Under the pieces are notes generated by a model that did no database searches, was not told the DNA's origin, and saw nothing but the letters and a program-made list of their open reading frames with translations. 64,000 bases of DNA. Source: Escherichia coli. GTDB lineage: Bacteria; Pseudomonadota; Gammaproteobacteria; Enterobacterales; Enterobacteriaceae. The stretch's first letter is position 1, and each line of letters starts with the position of its first letter. Positions 10,697 to 24,142 of this stretch are shown here, piece after piece. The position numbers and the translations under genes are program-made. The stretch is taken from the NCBI RefSeq assembly GCF_003334385.1, contig NZ_QOWN01000004.1; one strand, given 5' to 3'.

Positions 10697-11893
10697 ATGG
10701 CTCATGTTATTAATGAAATGGATGTTCCGTCCCATTCGTTTGTTTTTCATGGTACAGGTGAGAGATATTTTCTTATTTGTGTGGTGAATGTGTTGTTAAC
10801 GATTATAACGCTAGGTATCTATTTACCATGGGCATTAATGAAATGTAAGCGTTATCTCTATGCTAATATGGAAGTTAACGGACAACGATTTTCTTATGGG
10901 ATTACCGGTGGGAATGTTTTTGTTAGTTGTCTTGTTTTTGTTTTTTTCTATTTCGCAATCTTAATGACAGTGTCAGCAGATATGCCGCTTGTTGACTGTG
11001 TTTTGACTTTGTCACTGTTGGTTTTGCTTATATTTATGGCAGCAAAAGGACTGCGTTATCAGGCCTTGATGACTAGTCTCAACGGCGTAAGATTTAGTTT
11101 TAATTGCTCTTTGAAAGGGTTCTGGTGGGTAACCTTTTTCTTGCCGATTTTAATGGCCATTGGGATGGGGACTGTTTTTTTTATCTCGACAAAGATGCTA
11201 CATGCCAATAGTTCAAGTAGTGTTATTATATCTGTGGTTCTGATGGCAATAGTTGGTATTGTTTCCATTGGTATTTTTAATGGTACTTTATATAGTCTGG
11301 TAATGAGTTTTCTCTGGAGCAATACCAGTTTCGGTATACATCGTTTCAAGGTGAAATTAGATACTACGTATTGTATAAAATATGCCATTCTCGCATTTTT
11401 AGCTTTATTACCTTTTCTCGCTGTTGCTGGTTATATTATCTTCGATCAAATATTAAATGCGTATGATAGTTTTGTGTATGCAAATGATGATATTGAGAAT
11501 TTACAGCAATTTATGGAAATGCAACGTAAAATGATAATCGCGCAGTTAATCTATTATTTTGGGATTGCTGTTAGCACCAGTTATTTAACGGTGTCGTTGC
11601 GAAATCATTTTATGAGCAACCTGTCACTGAATGATGGGCGTATTCGTTTTCGCTCAACTTTAACTTACCACGGTATGCTTTATCGCATGTGTGCGTTGGT
11701 AGTGATATCCGGGATTACGGGCGGTCTGGCTTATCCACTGCTGAAAATATGGATGATTGACTGGCAGGCAAAAAATACGTATTTGCTGGGCGATTTGGAT
11801 GACCTTCCTTTAATCAATAAAGAAGAACAACCAGATAAAGGCTTCTTAGCCAGTATTTCACGGGGAATTATGCCTTCTTTACCATTTCTGTAA
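10697..11893 (+). CDS. yjgN: Inner membrane protein YjgN (DUF898), ~398 aa
   Basis: Multi-pass hydrophobic protein; start taken at ATG 10697 (MAHVINEMDVPSH...) rather than the 9-codon upstream extension. Confidence 0.85.
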   Translation: MAHVINEMDVPSHSFVFHGTGERYFLICVVNVLLTIITLGIYLPWALMKCKRYLYANMEVNGQRFSYGITGGNVFVSCLVFVFFYFAILMTVSADMPLVDCVLTLSLLVLLIFMAAKGLRYQALMTSLNGVRFSFNCSLKGFWWVTFFLPILMAIGMGTVFFISTKMLHANSSSSVIISVVLMAIVGIVSIGIFNGTLYSLVMSFLWSNTSFGIHRFKVKLDTTYCIKYAILAFLALLPFLAVAGYIIFDQILNAYDSFVYANDDIENLQQFMEMQRKMIIAQLIYYFGIAVSTSYLTVSLRNHFMSNLSLNDGRIRFRSTLTYHGMLYRMCALVVISGITGGLAYPLLKIWMIDWQAKNTYLLGDLDDLPLINKEEQPDKGFLASISRGIMPSLPFL

Positions 11894-11900
11894 GAGATAA

Positions 11901-11934
11901 AAAAGGCCGGAGCATTCTCCGGCCTTCGTTTTCA
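11901..11934. terminator. Bidirectional rho-independent terminator shared by yjgN and valS
   Basis: Hairpin AAGGCCGGAGCATTCTCCGGCCTT flanked by an A-run upstream and a T-run downstream. Confidence 0.6.
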
Positions 11935-11946
11935 TCACGGTGTTGA

Positions 11947-14802
11947 TTACAGCGCGGCGATAACAGCCTGCTGTTCAATCAGCTTCGCTTTCGCTTCCGC
12001 ATAGCCTTCCAGCTTCTCACGCTCTTTCGCGATGACCGCTTCCGGTGCGCGGGCGACAAAGCCTTCATTCGCCAGCTTGTTCTCGATACGGCTGATTTCG
12101 CCTTCGATCTTCGCCACTTCTTTCGCCAGACGCGCCAGCTCATCTTCTTTGTTGATGAGGCCAGCCATCGGGATCAGCAGCTCTGCGCCGTCGATGATCT
12201 TCGTAACGGAAACCGGACCTTTGTCATCGGCAGGCAGCACGGTGATGCTTTCCAGACGCGCCAGGGTTTGCAGGAAGCCACGGTTTTCATTTACGCGACG
12301 TTCTGCATCCGCGCTGCAACCACGCAGCAGCAGCTCCAGCGGTTTGCCCGGCGCGATGTTCATTTCTGCACGGATGTTACGTACCGCAACGATCGCCTGT
12401 TTCAGCCATTCGGTGTCGGCCAGTGCGGCTTCATCAACCTGAGATGCATCGTACTGCGGGAACGGCTGCAGCATGATGGTGTCGGCAGTGATACCGCAAA
12501 GTACTTTCACACGCTGCCAGATGGTTTCGGTGATGAACGGAATGATCGGATGCGCGAGGCGCAGCAGACCTTCCAGTACAGTCACCAGCGTATGGCGAGT
12601 ACCGCGCAGTTCGGCTTCGGTGCCACCGTTCATTACCGGCTTGGTCAGCTCCAGATACCAGTCACAGAACTGGTTCCAGGTGAACTCATACAGAATGCCT
12701 GCAGCGATATCGAAGCGGAAGCTGTCCAGCGCTTCGCGGTACGCTTTGATGGTCTGGTTGAACTCTGCCAGAATCCAGCGGTCCGCCAGCGACAGTGTCA
12801 TTTCGCCGCCGTTAAAGCCGCAATCCTGACCTTCTGTGTTCATCAGCACAAAGCGGCTGGCGTTCCACAGCTTGTTACAGAAGTTACGGTAACCTTCCAG
12901 GCGCTTCATATCCCAGTTGATGTCACGACCGGTAGACGCCAGCGCCGCCAGGGTGAAGCGCAGGGCATCGGTGCCGTGCGGCTCAATGCCGTTCGGGAAC
13001 TGTTTCTCGGTGCGCTTACGGATTTTGTCCGCCAGCTGCGGCTGCATCATATTGCCGGTACGTTTTTCCAGCAGTTCTGGCAGCGAAATACCGTCAACCA
13101 TATCCAGCGGGTCGATAACGTTACCCTTGGATTTGGACATTTTCTGGCCTTCGTCGTCACGAATCAGACCGGTCATGTAAACAGTGTGGAACGGCACCTG
13201 CGGTTTGCCATTTTCATCTTTGATGAAGTGCATGGTCATCATGATCATGCGGGCAATCCAGAAGAAGATGATGTCGAAGCCGGATACCATCACGCTGGTT
13301 GGGTGGAACTGACGCAGGGCGTCGGTGTTTTCCGGCCAGCCAAGGGTAGAGAAGGTCCACAGCGCAGAAGAGAACCAGGTGTCGAGAACGTCTTCGTCCT
13401 GACGCAGGGCAACGTCGGCACCGAGGTTATTTTCCTTGCGCACTTCTTCTTCGTTGCGGCCAACATAAACATTACCCGCTTCGTCATACCATGCCGGGAT
13501 ACGGTGACCCCACCACAGCTGACGAGAGATACACCAGTCCTGAATATCGCGCATCCAGGAGAAATACATGTTTTCGTACTGCTTCGGTACGAACTGAATG
13601 TCGCCGTTCTCAACCGCTTCAACCGCCGGTTTCGCCAGTACATCGGCACGCACGTACCACTGGTCGGTCAGCATTGGTTCGATAACTACGCCGCCACGGT
13701 CGCCGTAAGGAACGGTCAGGTCGTGCGGTTTAATTTCTTCCAGCAGGCCGAGTGCGTCAACCGCAGCAACGACTGCTTTACGTGCGGCAAAACGCTCCAG
13801 TTTCTGGAATTCTGCCGGGATCTCGCTGGAATAAACGTCAGATTCGTTACCTTTGGTATCGAACACCTGGGCGCTTTCACGGATATCGCCGTCAAAGGTC
13901 AGGATGTTGATCATCGGCAGGGCGTGACGTTTACCGACTTCATAGTCGTTAAAGTCGTGCGCCGGGGTGATCTTCACGCAGCCGGTGCCTTTTTCCATGT
14001 CGGCGTGTTCGTCGCCAACGATCGGAATACGACGGTTAACCAGCGGTAGAATGACATATTTGCCAATCAGGTCTTTGTAACGCGGATCTTCCGGGTTAAC
14101 GGCTACACCGGTATCGCCCAGCAGGGTTTCCGGACGGGTAGTCGCAACCACCAGGTAATCTTTACCGTCTGCGGTTTTCGCACCGTCAGCCAGCGGATAG
14201 CGGATGTGCCACATCGAACCTTTCGATTCGCGGTTTTCCACTTCCAGGTCAGAGATAGCGGTGCGCAGTTTCGGGTCCCAGTTTACCAGGCGTTTGCCAC
14301 GGTAAATCAGGTCTTCTTTATACAGACGAACGAAAACTTCTTTCACCGCATTGGACAGGCCTTCGTCCATCGTGAAGCGTTCACGCTCCCAGTCCACGGA
14401 GTTGCCGAGACGGCGCATCTGACGGGTAATGGTGCCGCCGGATTCCGCTTTCCATTCCCAAATTTTGTCGATGAAAGCTTCGCGGCCGTAGTCGTGACGG
14501 GTTTTACCTTCTTCTGCGGCAATCTTGCGCTCAACGACCATCTGGGTAGCGATCCCGGCGTGGTCAGTACCGACCTGCCACAGGGTGTTTTTGCCCTGCA
14601 TGCGCTGATAGCGGATCATGGTATCCATGATGGTTTGCTGGAAGGCGTGACCCATATGCAAACTGCCGGTGACGTTCGGCGGCGGGATCATGATGCAGAA
14701 ACTTTCCTGGCTTTCATCGCCATTAGGCTTAAAGTAGCCCTGCTTTTCCCAGTGCTCGTAAAGCGGCTGTTCGATATCTTGTGGGTTATATGTCTTTTCC
14801 AT
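11947..14802 (-). CDS. valS: Valine--tRNA ligase ValS, 951 aa
   Basis: Class I aaRS HMGH motif (GSLHMGHAF) and KMSKS motif (KMSKSKGN), C-terminal coiled coil; length matches ValS. Confidence 0.97.
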
Positions 14803-15245
14803 TATTTCCAGGTTGCCGTATTCAGGTTGAAACCAGCCACGCGGTAGGCTTTATAGCGTTCGCGTGCCAGTTGTTTCAGAGAATCTTCATAAGGAACGAA
14901 GTCTACCACTTCTGTGAAAGCGGTGGCAAAATCTGCAAAGCTTGTTCGCAGACTAATCAATATATCGCGCGGGCTGCTGCTGCGTTTTTGCGGCCAGGCG
15001 ATCTCCACCGGCGCACCGCCGCGCGGTCCTTCTCCCGCTAAATTATGCGGAACAAAGCTTTCTGCCGGACGCGCCCACAGGGCTTCATCCAGCCGGTAAG
15101 CCTGCTTTTCATCTTCACAGGCGATGAGCACGCGCTTACCGCTGCGCCAACGTTCTGCGGCAATTTCACACACCAGTTGCTCAACGGCGCTTAAGCCATC
15201 GACGGTGGTGTCATTGTCCAGAAGGTAGAACGTCGCGTTTTTCAT
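14802..15245 (-). CDS. holC: DNA polymerase III chi subunit HolC, 147 aa
   Basis: Translation [33 protein letters not shown]...; stop overlaps the valS start by 1 nt, the conserved holC-valS arrangement. Confidence 0.95.
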
Positions 15246-15269
15246 ATATGGGGCTTCTTGTGGTGGATT

Positions 15270-17113
<1,844 letters not shown>

Positions 17114-17376
17114 CTACGCTCCTGAATCTTAAAGACAACGGCGGTGGCTACAGATAGAATTGCAAGCTTTCGTAACTCATGTCCGCTGTTGCGATGACTT
17201 CGTGTTAATCTTAACGTTATTACGGCATTGGCACGTCAGAACAAAATCTGAGAGGTGAATCCGTTGAGTATAATTATCTTAGCGACGATTTCGACGACTC
17301 AAGAGAATAAATGACGTTTAAGCCATGAAACAAGCTAAAATCCTGCAAAAGACGAGTTTTTACGGGCGTATTTAAA

Positions 17377-18477
17377 GTGATAATCATAAGATATCTGGTG
17401 CGGGAGACGCTCAAAAGCCAGCTGGCGATACTCTTCATCTTGCTTTTGATCTTCTTCTGTCAAAAGTTAGTGAGGATCCTCGGCGCAGCGGTTGACGGCG
17501 ATATTCCGGCGAATCTGGTGCTCTCCCTTCTCGGGTTGGGCGTGCCGGAAATGGCGCAGCTTATCCTGCCATTAAGCCTGTTCCTCGGGCTGCTGATGAC
17601 GCTGGGCAAACTGTATACCGAAAGTGAAATTACGGTAATGCATGCCTGCGGCCTGAGCAAAGCGGTTCTGGTGAAAGCGGCAATGATCCTTGCGGTATTC
17701 ACGGCAATCGTCGCGGCGGTTAACGTGATGTGGGCGGGACCGTGGTCATCGCGTCATCAGGATGAAGTGTTAGCAGAAGCGAAAGCGAACCCTGGCATGG
17801 CGGCGCTGGCGCAAGGGCAATTCCAGCAAGCGACTAATGGCAGCTCGGTGCTGTTCATCGAAAGCGTTGACGGCAGCGATTTCAAAGATGTGTTCCTCGC
17901 ACAAATTCGACCAAAAGGTAATGCACGTCCTTCTGTGGTGGTGGCCGATTCCGGACATTTAACCCAGCTGCGCGACGGCTCCCAGGTCGTCACTCTCAAC
18001 CAGGGAACGCGCTTCGAAGGCACTGCACTGTTACGTGATTTCCGCATTACGGATTTCCAGGATTATCAGGCGATCATTGGTCACCAGGCGGTGGCGCTCG
18101 ACCCGAACGATACCGACCAGATGGACATGTGCACATTGTGGAACACTGACACCGATCGTGCTCGCGCAGAACTGAACTGGCGTATCACGTTGGTATTCAC
18201 CGTGTTTATGATGGCACTTATGGTCGTACCGCTGAGCGTGGTTAACCCACGTCAGGGACGCGTACTGTCGATGCTGCCAGCCATGCTGCTGTATCTACTT
18301 TTCTTCCTGATCCAGACCTCCCTGAAATCGAACGGCGGTAAAGGTAAGCTGGACCCGACGCTGTGGATGTGGACCGTTAACCTGATTTATCTGGCTTTGG
18401 CGATTGTTCTCAACCTTTGGGACACCGTGCCGGTCCGCCGCCTGCGCGCCAGTTTTTCGCGTAAAGGAGCGGTGTGA
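17377..18477 (+). CDS. lptF: LPS export ABC transporter permease LptF, 366 aa (GTG start)
   Basis: Six-TM permease of the YjgP/YjgQ family; stop overlaps the lptG start (GTGATG). Confidence 0.9.
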   Translation: MIIIRYLVRETLKSQLAILFILLLIFFCQKLVRILGAAVDGDIPANLVLSLLGLGVPEMAQLILPLSLFLGLLMTLGKLYTESEITVMHACGLSKAVLVKAAMILAVFTAIVAAVNVMWAGPWSSRHQDEVLAEAKANPGMAALAQGQFQQATNGSSVLFIESVDGSDFKDVFLAQIRPKGNARPSVVVADSGHLTQLRDGSQVVTLNQGTRFEGTALLRDFRITDFQDYQAIIGHQAVALDPNDTDQMDMCTLWNTDTDRARAELNWRITLVFTVFMMALMVVPLSVVNPRQGRVLSMLPAMLLYLLFFLIQTSLKSNGGKGKLDPTLWMWTVNLIYLALAIVLNLWDTVPVRRLRASFSRKGAV

Positions 18478-19559
18478 TGCAACCTTTTGGCGTACTTGAC
18501 CGCTATATCGGTAAAACTATTTTCACCACCATCATGATGACGCTGTTCATGCTGGTGTCGCTGTCGGGCATTATCAAATTTGTCGATCAGTTGAAAAAAG
18601 CCGGGCAGGGGAGTTACGACGCGTTAGGCGCAGGAATGTATACCTTGCTGAGCGTGCCGAAAGATGTGCAAATCTTCTTCCCGATGGCGGCTCTGCTTGG
18701 GGCGTTGCTTGGTCTTGGGATGCTGGCGCAGCGCAGCGAACTGGTGGTGATGCAGGCTTCTGGTTTTACCCGTATGCAGGTGGCGCTGTCGGTGATGAAA
18801 ACCGCCATTCCGCTGGTCTTGCTGACGATGGCGATTGGCGAATGGGTCGCGCCGCAGGGCGAGCAGATGGCGCGTAACTACCGTGCGCAGGCGATGTACG
18901 GCGGCTCGTTGCTCTCTACCCAGCAAGGCTTATGGGCGAAAGATGGCAACAACTTCGTCTACATTGAGCGGGTTAAAGGTGACGAAGAGTTAGGTGGCAT
19001 CAGCATTTATGCCTTTAACGAAAATCGTCGTCTGCAATCCGTACGCTATGCCGCTACTGCGAAGTTTGACCCGGAACATAAAGTCTGGCGTCTGTCGCAG
19101 GTTGATGAATCTGATCTGACCAATCCGAAACAGATTACCGGTTCGCAGACGGTGAGCGGCACCTGGAAAACCAACCTCACGCCAGACAAACTGGGCGTGG
19201 TGGCGCTGGACCCGGATGCACTCTCAATCAGCGGTTTGCACAACTACGTGAAGTATCTGAAGTCGAGCGGTCAGGATGCCGGACGTTATCAGCTCAACAT
19301 GTGGAGCAAAATCTTCCAGCCGCTATCCGTGGCGGTGATGATGCTGATGGCGCTGTCGTTCATCTTTGGCCCACTGCGTAGCGTACCGATGGGCGTGCGT
19401 GTGGTCACCGGTATCAGCTTCGGTTTTGTCTTCTACGTACTGGACCAGATCTTCGGCCCGCTGACGTTGGTTTATGGCATCCCGCCGATCATCGGCGCAC
19501 TGTTGCCAAGCGCCAGCTTCTTCTTAATCAGCCTGTGGCTGTTAATGAGAAAATCGTAA
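18477..19559 (+). CDS. lptG: LPS export ABC transporter permease LptG, 360 aa
   Basis: Paralogue of LptF directly downstream, translationally coupled; start at ATG 18477. Confidence 0.9.
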   Translation: MQPFGVLDRYIGKTIFTTIMMTLFMLVSLSGIIKFVDQLKKAGQGSYDALGAGMYTLLSVPKDVQIFFPMAALLGALLGLGMLAQRSELVVMQASGFTRMQVALSVMKTAIPLVLLTMAIGEWVAPQGEQMARNYRAQAMYGGSLLSTQQGLWAKDGNNFVYIERVKGDEELGGISIYAFNENRRLQSVRYAATAKFDPEHKVWRLSQVDESDLTNPKQITGSQTVSGTWKTNLTPDKLGVVALDPDALSISGLHNYVKYLKSSGQDAGRYQLNMWSKIFQPLSVAVMMLMALSFIFGPLRSVPMGVRVVTGISFGFVFYVLDQIFGPLTLVYGIPPIIGALLPSASFFLISLWLLMRKS

Positions 19560-19567
19560 CCAAGCAA

Positions 19568-19586
19568 GGGAGCGAAAGCTCCCTTT
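19568..19586 (+). terminator. Putative terminator hairpin after lptG (GGGAGC-GAAA-GCTCCC + TTT)
   Basis: 6-bp GC stem with a GAAA tetraloop and a short T-run, 9 nt after the lptG stop. Confidence 0.4.
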
Positions 19587-19622
19587 CACATTGTTGATAA
19601 AGTCAAATACGAGTTCGATCGG

Positions 19623-19660
19623 TCCCCTCGCCCCTTTGGGGAGAGGGTTAGGGTGAGGGG
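19623..19660. repeat. GC-rich palindromic intergenic repeat (CCCCTCGCCCCTTTGGGGAGAGGGTTAGGGTGAGGGG)
   Basis: Imperfect palindrome between lptG and yjgR resembling dispersed enterobacterial repeats; family not verified. Confidence 0.35.
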
Positions 19661-19677
19661 CACAGACCGCACCTGAC

Positions 19678-21180
19678 TTACCTTCTTCTCCCCCCCAGCA
19701 AACTCCCCAACATCCCGCGTACAATCTGATTCGTCACCTGGCGGGCGGCGCTTTTCGCCATTGTTTGCACCACACCATCTTTCTTACCGCCGCGTGGTCC
19801 GGTAGTGCCGAACAAAATATCCTTCAATCCACCAAGAATGCCGTCATCCACCGCTACCTCTTTCCCTTTCGCGGGGGGATTATTTTGCTGCTCGGTACTG
19901 GCCTGAAAGCCTTTTTGCAACATCTCATAGGCGGATTCCCGGTCCACCTCATCCTCGTACTTGCCATACACCGGAGAGTGATTAATCAAGCCATTACGCT
20001 CATCTTCCGTCACCGGTCCCATCCGCGAACAAGGCGCAATCACCATCGCCCGTTCCACCACTGAAGGACTTCCTTTCACATCAAGAAACGAGATTAACGC
20101 CTCGCCGGTCCCCAGTTCCTGGATTGCCTTTTCGGTATCAAATGCCGGATTGGCCCGCATGGTTTGCGCCGCAGCTTTTACCGCTTTCTGATCTTTGGGC
20201 GTAAAAGCACGCAAAGCGTGTTGAACGCGATTACCGAGCTGCCCGAGCACATTATCCGGAATATCAGACGGGTTTTGCGAAACGAACCAGACGCCCACGC
20301 CTTTTGAGCGAATAAGCCGTATCACCTGCTCAATCTTATCCAGCAGTACCTGCGGTGCATCGTTAAACAGCAGATGTGCCTCGTCGAAGAAAAACACCAG
20401 TTTTGGTTTCTCCAGATCGCCCGCTTCCGGCAATTGTTCATACAACTCTGAAAGCATCCACAGCAGGCTGGCGGCGTACAGTTTCGGCATCTGATAAAGC
20501 TTCTCGGCGCTGAGGATATTGATAACGCCTTTACCGTTGGTATCGGTGCGCATCCAGTCTTTGATATCCAGCATCGGCTCGCCAAAGAAGTGTGCTGCGC
20601 CTTGCTGTTACAGCGACAACAGTCCGCGCTGGATGGCACCAACCGATGCGCTACTGATATTACCGTACTGATTCTGGAAAGATTTGGCGTTATCGCCGAT
20701 GTACTGGGTAATCGCCCGCAGATCTTTAAAGTCGAGCAGCAACAATCCCTGATCGTCCGCAATGCGGAAGATAATATTCAGCACGCCAGATTGCACATCG
20801 TTGAGATTCAACAGTCGTGCCAGCAACAGCGGCCCCAGATCCGAAACCGTCGCCCGCACCGGATGGCCTTTCTCGCCAAAGATATCCCACACCACCACCG
20901 GATTGGCATGCGGTTGCCAGTCGTTGACGCCGATATTTTTCAGTCTTGCGAGCAGTTTTTCCGACGCCGTTCCTGCCTGCGCGATGCCGGTCAGATCGCC
21001 TTTCACATCGGCCATAAACACCGGAACACCGATTTCCGACAATGACTCTGCCAGTTTTTGCAACGTGACAGTTTTACCCGTCCCCGTTGCGCCAGTAATC
21101 AGCCCGTGACGGTTAGCCATTCCCGGCAATAAAAACAGTTCTGTGTCCGGCGTGCGGGCAATTAACAGGGGTTCGCTCAT
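19678..21180 (-). pseudogene. yjgR: yjgR (DUF853 P-loop NTPase, HerA/FtsK-like) interrupted by an in-frame TAA
   Basis: Two same-frame ORFs (N-terminal 190 aa with Walker [10 protein letters not shown]-terminal 298 aa) separated by TAA (RC of tta at 20608-20610) and 11 sense codons: ...[24 protein letters not shown]...; the pieces sum to the 500 aa expected for YjgR. Confidence 0.75.
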
Positions 21181-21309
21181 GAGATATCCTCCAGTTTCCT
21201 GCCTGGAGTATAGGCAACGGCTGCGCACTCTTCACCGCTAAATTCAGCAGATTGCGAGATGCCTTCCAAAGAGATTTAAGTGCCGGGCGACAGGCACCCG
21301 GCAAAGGGA

Positions 21310-22329
21310 TCAGAAGTCGGCTTTCAGAACCACGCGGTAACGCGCCTTACCGTCGCGCACATGCTTGATGGCATCGTTAATTTTCGACATCGGGAACAGT
21401 TCGGTGGTCGGCGCAACCTTGCTGCGGGCGGCAAAGCGCATCAGCTTACGCAACTCATAAGGCGTGCCGGTAGCAGAGCCAGAGACACTGCGGTCGCCCG
21501 CAATTAACGTAAAGGCCGGAACAGACAGCGGCGTGAGAACCGCACCGACCGTATGGAAATTACCGCCATACGTCAGCGCCTCAAAATAAGGCTGCCAGTC
21601 GAGGCTGACGTTGACGGTGTTGATAATGAGATCGAACTGCCCCGCAAGTGTTTTCAGTGCCTGCGGATCGCGGCTATTCACCACTTTATCGGCACCCATC
21701 GCCAGTACTTCCTGCTCTTTCGCCGGATTAGAACTAAAGGCCGTCACCTCGCATCCCATTGCGTGCAGAAGTTTTATAGCGATATGCCCCAGCCCGCCAA
21801 TACCAATTACCCCAACGCGGCTGGTAGCAGTGATATGGTGCATCAACAGTGGTTTAAAGACCGTGATACCGCCGCACAACAGCGGCCCGGCGGACTCGAT
21901 ATCAATATTTTCTGGCAGTGGAATCACCCATTGCCAGTCCGCACGCAACTTCTCGGCAAAGCCACCGCGATTCATAATTGTTGGTACCGCACCTTGCTCA
22001 CAGTTGATCTGATTACCACTAATACAGGCGTCGCAGTGACCACAGCTACGCGCCGTCCAGCCAATCCCGACACGCTGACCGACCTGCAAACCTTTATCCT
22101 GTGCGGCGCTCCCGAGCGCCACTACGCGACCAATCACCTCATGCCCGGCAATCAGCGGATATTGTGAAAATCCCCATTCATTGTCGATCATCGATAGATC
22201 GGAATGGCAGATCCCGCAATAATCCACCTGCACTTCAATATCTTGTGGCCTCAGCTCACCGGGATCGTACTCATAAACTTCCAGTTCGCCGCCCGCTTCT
22301 TTTGCGGCATAGCTTCTTATCATCGACAT
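21310..22329 (-). CDS. ahr: NADPH-dependent aldehyde reductase Ahr (YjgB), zinc-type alcohol dehydrogenase, 339 aa
   Basis: Zn-ADH motifs ([15 protein letters not shown] structural zinc site, GIGGLGH Rossmann); start at the internal ATG (MSMIRSY...). Confidence 0.9.
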   Translation of the reverse strand: MSMIRSYAAKEAGGELEVYEYDPGELRPQDIEVQVDYCGICHSDLSMIDNEWGFSQYPLIAGHEVIGRVVALGSAAQDKGLQVGQRVGIGWTARSCGHCDACISGNQINCEQGAVPTIMNRGGFAEKLRADWQWVIPLPENIDIESAGPLLCGGITVFKPLLMHHITATSRVGVIGIGGLGHIAIKLLHAMGCEVTAFSSNPAKEQEVLAMGADKVVNSRDPQALKTLAGQFDLIINTVNVSLDWQPYFEALTYGGNFHTVGAVLTPLSVPAFTLIAGDRSVSGSATGTPYELRKLMRFAARSKVAPTTELFPMSKINDAIKHVRDGKARYRVVLKADF

Positions 22330-22524
22330 TTTTTGGTCCTTCTCTGGTGTTGTCTGGGAAGTGTAGAGCATGGCAGGGCGGGGTGCCTGGAGTGTGACAA
22401 AGGTTACACATCGCTGTATGCAATGCTGAAAATTTCAGCACTTAGCGAGGTGCGAGCAAGCTGGCGCTTGCATGGTGGCGTGCGACAGGTATAATCCACA
22501 ACGTTTTCCGCATACCTCTTCAGT

Positions 22525-22609
22525 GCCGAAGTGGCGAAATCGGTAGACGCAGTTGATTCAAAATCAACCGTAGAAATACGTGCCGGTTCGAGTCCGGCCT
22601 TCGGCACCA
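22525..22609 (+). tRNA. leuX: tRNA-Leu (anticodon CAA), leuX, 85 nt including CCA
   Basis: Sequence GCCGAAGTGGCGAAATCGGTAGACGCAGTTGATTCAAAATCAACCGTAGAAATACGTGCCGGTTCGAGTCCGGCCTTCGGCACCA folds as a type II tRNA with a long variable arm and anticodon CAA at 22559-22561. Confidence 0.92.
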
Positions 22610-22621
22610 TCGGAGCATCAA

Positions 22622-22647
22622 TAGACGTCAACGGACGTCTTTTTTTG
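22622..22647 (+). terminator. leuX rho-independent terminator (GACGTC-AACG-GACGTC + T7)
   Basis: Perfect 6-bp stem, 4-nt loop, followed by TTTTTTT about 13 nt after the tRNA 3' end. Confidence 0.6.
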
Positions 22648-22795
22648 TGCCTGAAATCCAGTATTTACCCATCATTCCCGCTATATTAACTCTCTCAAGG
22701 TCAACCGACTTCAACGTACATCTACCAACAGATGTTGGTACAGATGATGGTATTTCCGGTTCGATAATGCTTGTACCAACAGGGAGGGGATAAGC

Positions 22796-24040
22796 ATGGC
22801 TCTAACAGATATCAAAGTCAGAACAGCTAAGCCAACAGATAAGCAATACAAGTTAACTGATGGCAGTGGTATGCATCTTCTTGTCCACCCTAATGGTTCT
22901 AAGTACTGGCGTTTGCAGTACCGTTTTGACGGCAAGCAAAAGATGCTGGCTTTAGGTGTTTATCCTGACGTGTCGCTTGCCGATGCACGGACTCGCCGTG
23001 ACGACGCTCGTAATTTGTTGGCAAACAACATCGACCCGGGAGACAAAAAGAAAAGTGATAAAATTGAGCAAGAAGAAGCCCGCACTTTTGAACAACTCGC
23101 AGTTGAGTGGCATGCAACAAATAAAAAGTGGTCGGAAGAACATAGCAGGCGAGTACTGAAAAGCCTGGAGGATAATCTGTTTCCAGCTATTGGTAAGCGG
23201 AATATTGCGGATCTCAAAACCCGAGACCTGCTAGCCCCAATCAAAGCCGTTGAACTGTCAGGACGGCTTGAGGTTGCTTCACGATTACAACAGCGAACCA
23301 CGGCAATTATGCGCTATGCCGTGCAGAGTGGTTTACTGGACTATAACCCCGCGCAGGAGATGGTTGGCGCTGTTGCTTCAAGTAACAGACAGCATCGACC
23401 TGCTCTTCAGTTGAAGCGAATCCCAGAACTATTACGGCGCATAGATAGTTATACCGGTAGACCTCTTACTAGACTTGCCGTCGAACTCACGCTCCTGGTA
23501 TTCATTCGTTCAAGTGAACTACGCTTTGCTCGTTGGTCTGAGATCGATTTCGAAACATCAATGTGGACAATACCTGCAGAGCGCGAAGCTATTGACGGAG
23601 TAAAGCATTCACAGCGTGGTTCAAAAATGCGTACGCCTCATCTGGTGCCGCTTTCTCATCAAGCTTTAGCAATTCTTAAAGATGTTTACAAACTTAGTGG
23701 TGATCGCGATTTTGTTTTCATCGGCGATCATGACCATCGCAAACCGATGAGTGAAAACACGGTGAACAAGGCGCTGCGCGTTATGGGTTATGACACGAAG
23801 GTAGAGGTTTGTGGGCACGGTTTCAGGACAATGGCCTGTAGTTCATTGATCGAGTCTGGATTGTGGTCGAGGGATGCAGTGGAAAGGCAGATGAGCCATA
23901 TGGAACGTAACTCAGTACGCGCAGCTTACATTCATAAGGCCGAACATCTTGATGAACGGCGACTGATGCTGCAGTGGTGGGCTGATTTTTTGGATGCGAA
24001 TAGGGAAAGCGAAGTTAGCCCTTATGACTTTGGCAAATAG
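22796..24040 (+). CDS. P4-type tyrosine integrase (IntB-like), 414 aa, adjacent to leuX
   Basis: Tyrosine recombinase catalytic residues in the C-terminal half (R in MRTPHLVPL, HxxR in HGFRTM, Y in RAAYIHK); N-terminal MALTDIKVRTAKP... is typical of P4-family integrases, 187 bp downstream of a tRNA gene. Confidence 0.9.
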   Translation: MALTDIKVRTAKPTDKQYKLTDGSGMHLLVHPNGSKYWRLQYRFDGKQKMLALGVYPDVSLADARTRRDDARNLLANNIDPGDKKKSDKIEQEEARTFEQLAVEWHATNKKWSEEHSRRVLKSLEDNLFPAIGKRNIADLKTRDLLAPIKAVELSGRLEVASRLQQRTTAIMRYAVQSGLLDYNPAQEMVGAVASSNRQHRPALQLKRIPELLRRIDSYTGRPLTRLAVELTLLVFIRSSELRFARWSEIDFETSMWTIPAEREAIDGVKHSQRGSKMRTPHLVPLSHQALAILKDVYKLSGDRDFVFIGDHDHRKPMSENTVNKALRVMGYDTKVEVCGHGFRTMACSSLIESGLWSRDAVERQMSHMERNSVRAAYIHKAEHLDERRLMLQWWADFLDANRESEVSPYDFGK

Positions 24041-24142
24041 TCTAATTCCTGATGCTTGCTATGTTCGATTTTGAAAAGCCGGCTTGAACTATAACCTATA
24101 CTTTTTTATAACTGTATTATTCTGGCGACTCAGAGGTGCACT

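Noticed and set aside
12268-14049. 593-aa ORF on the plus strand
   Set aside because: Lies entirely antisense within valS, whose minus-strand product has full-length aaRS motifs; this long open frame is an antisense artefact of a GC-rich coding region.
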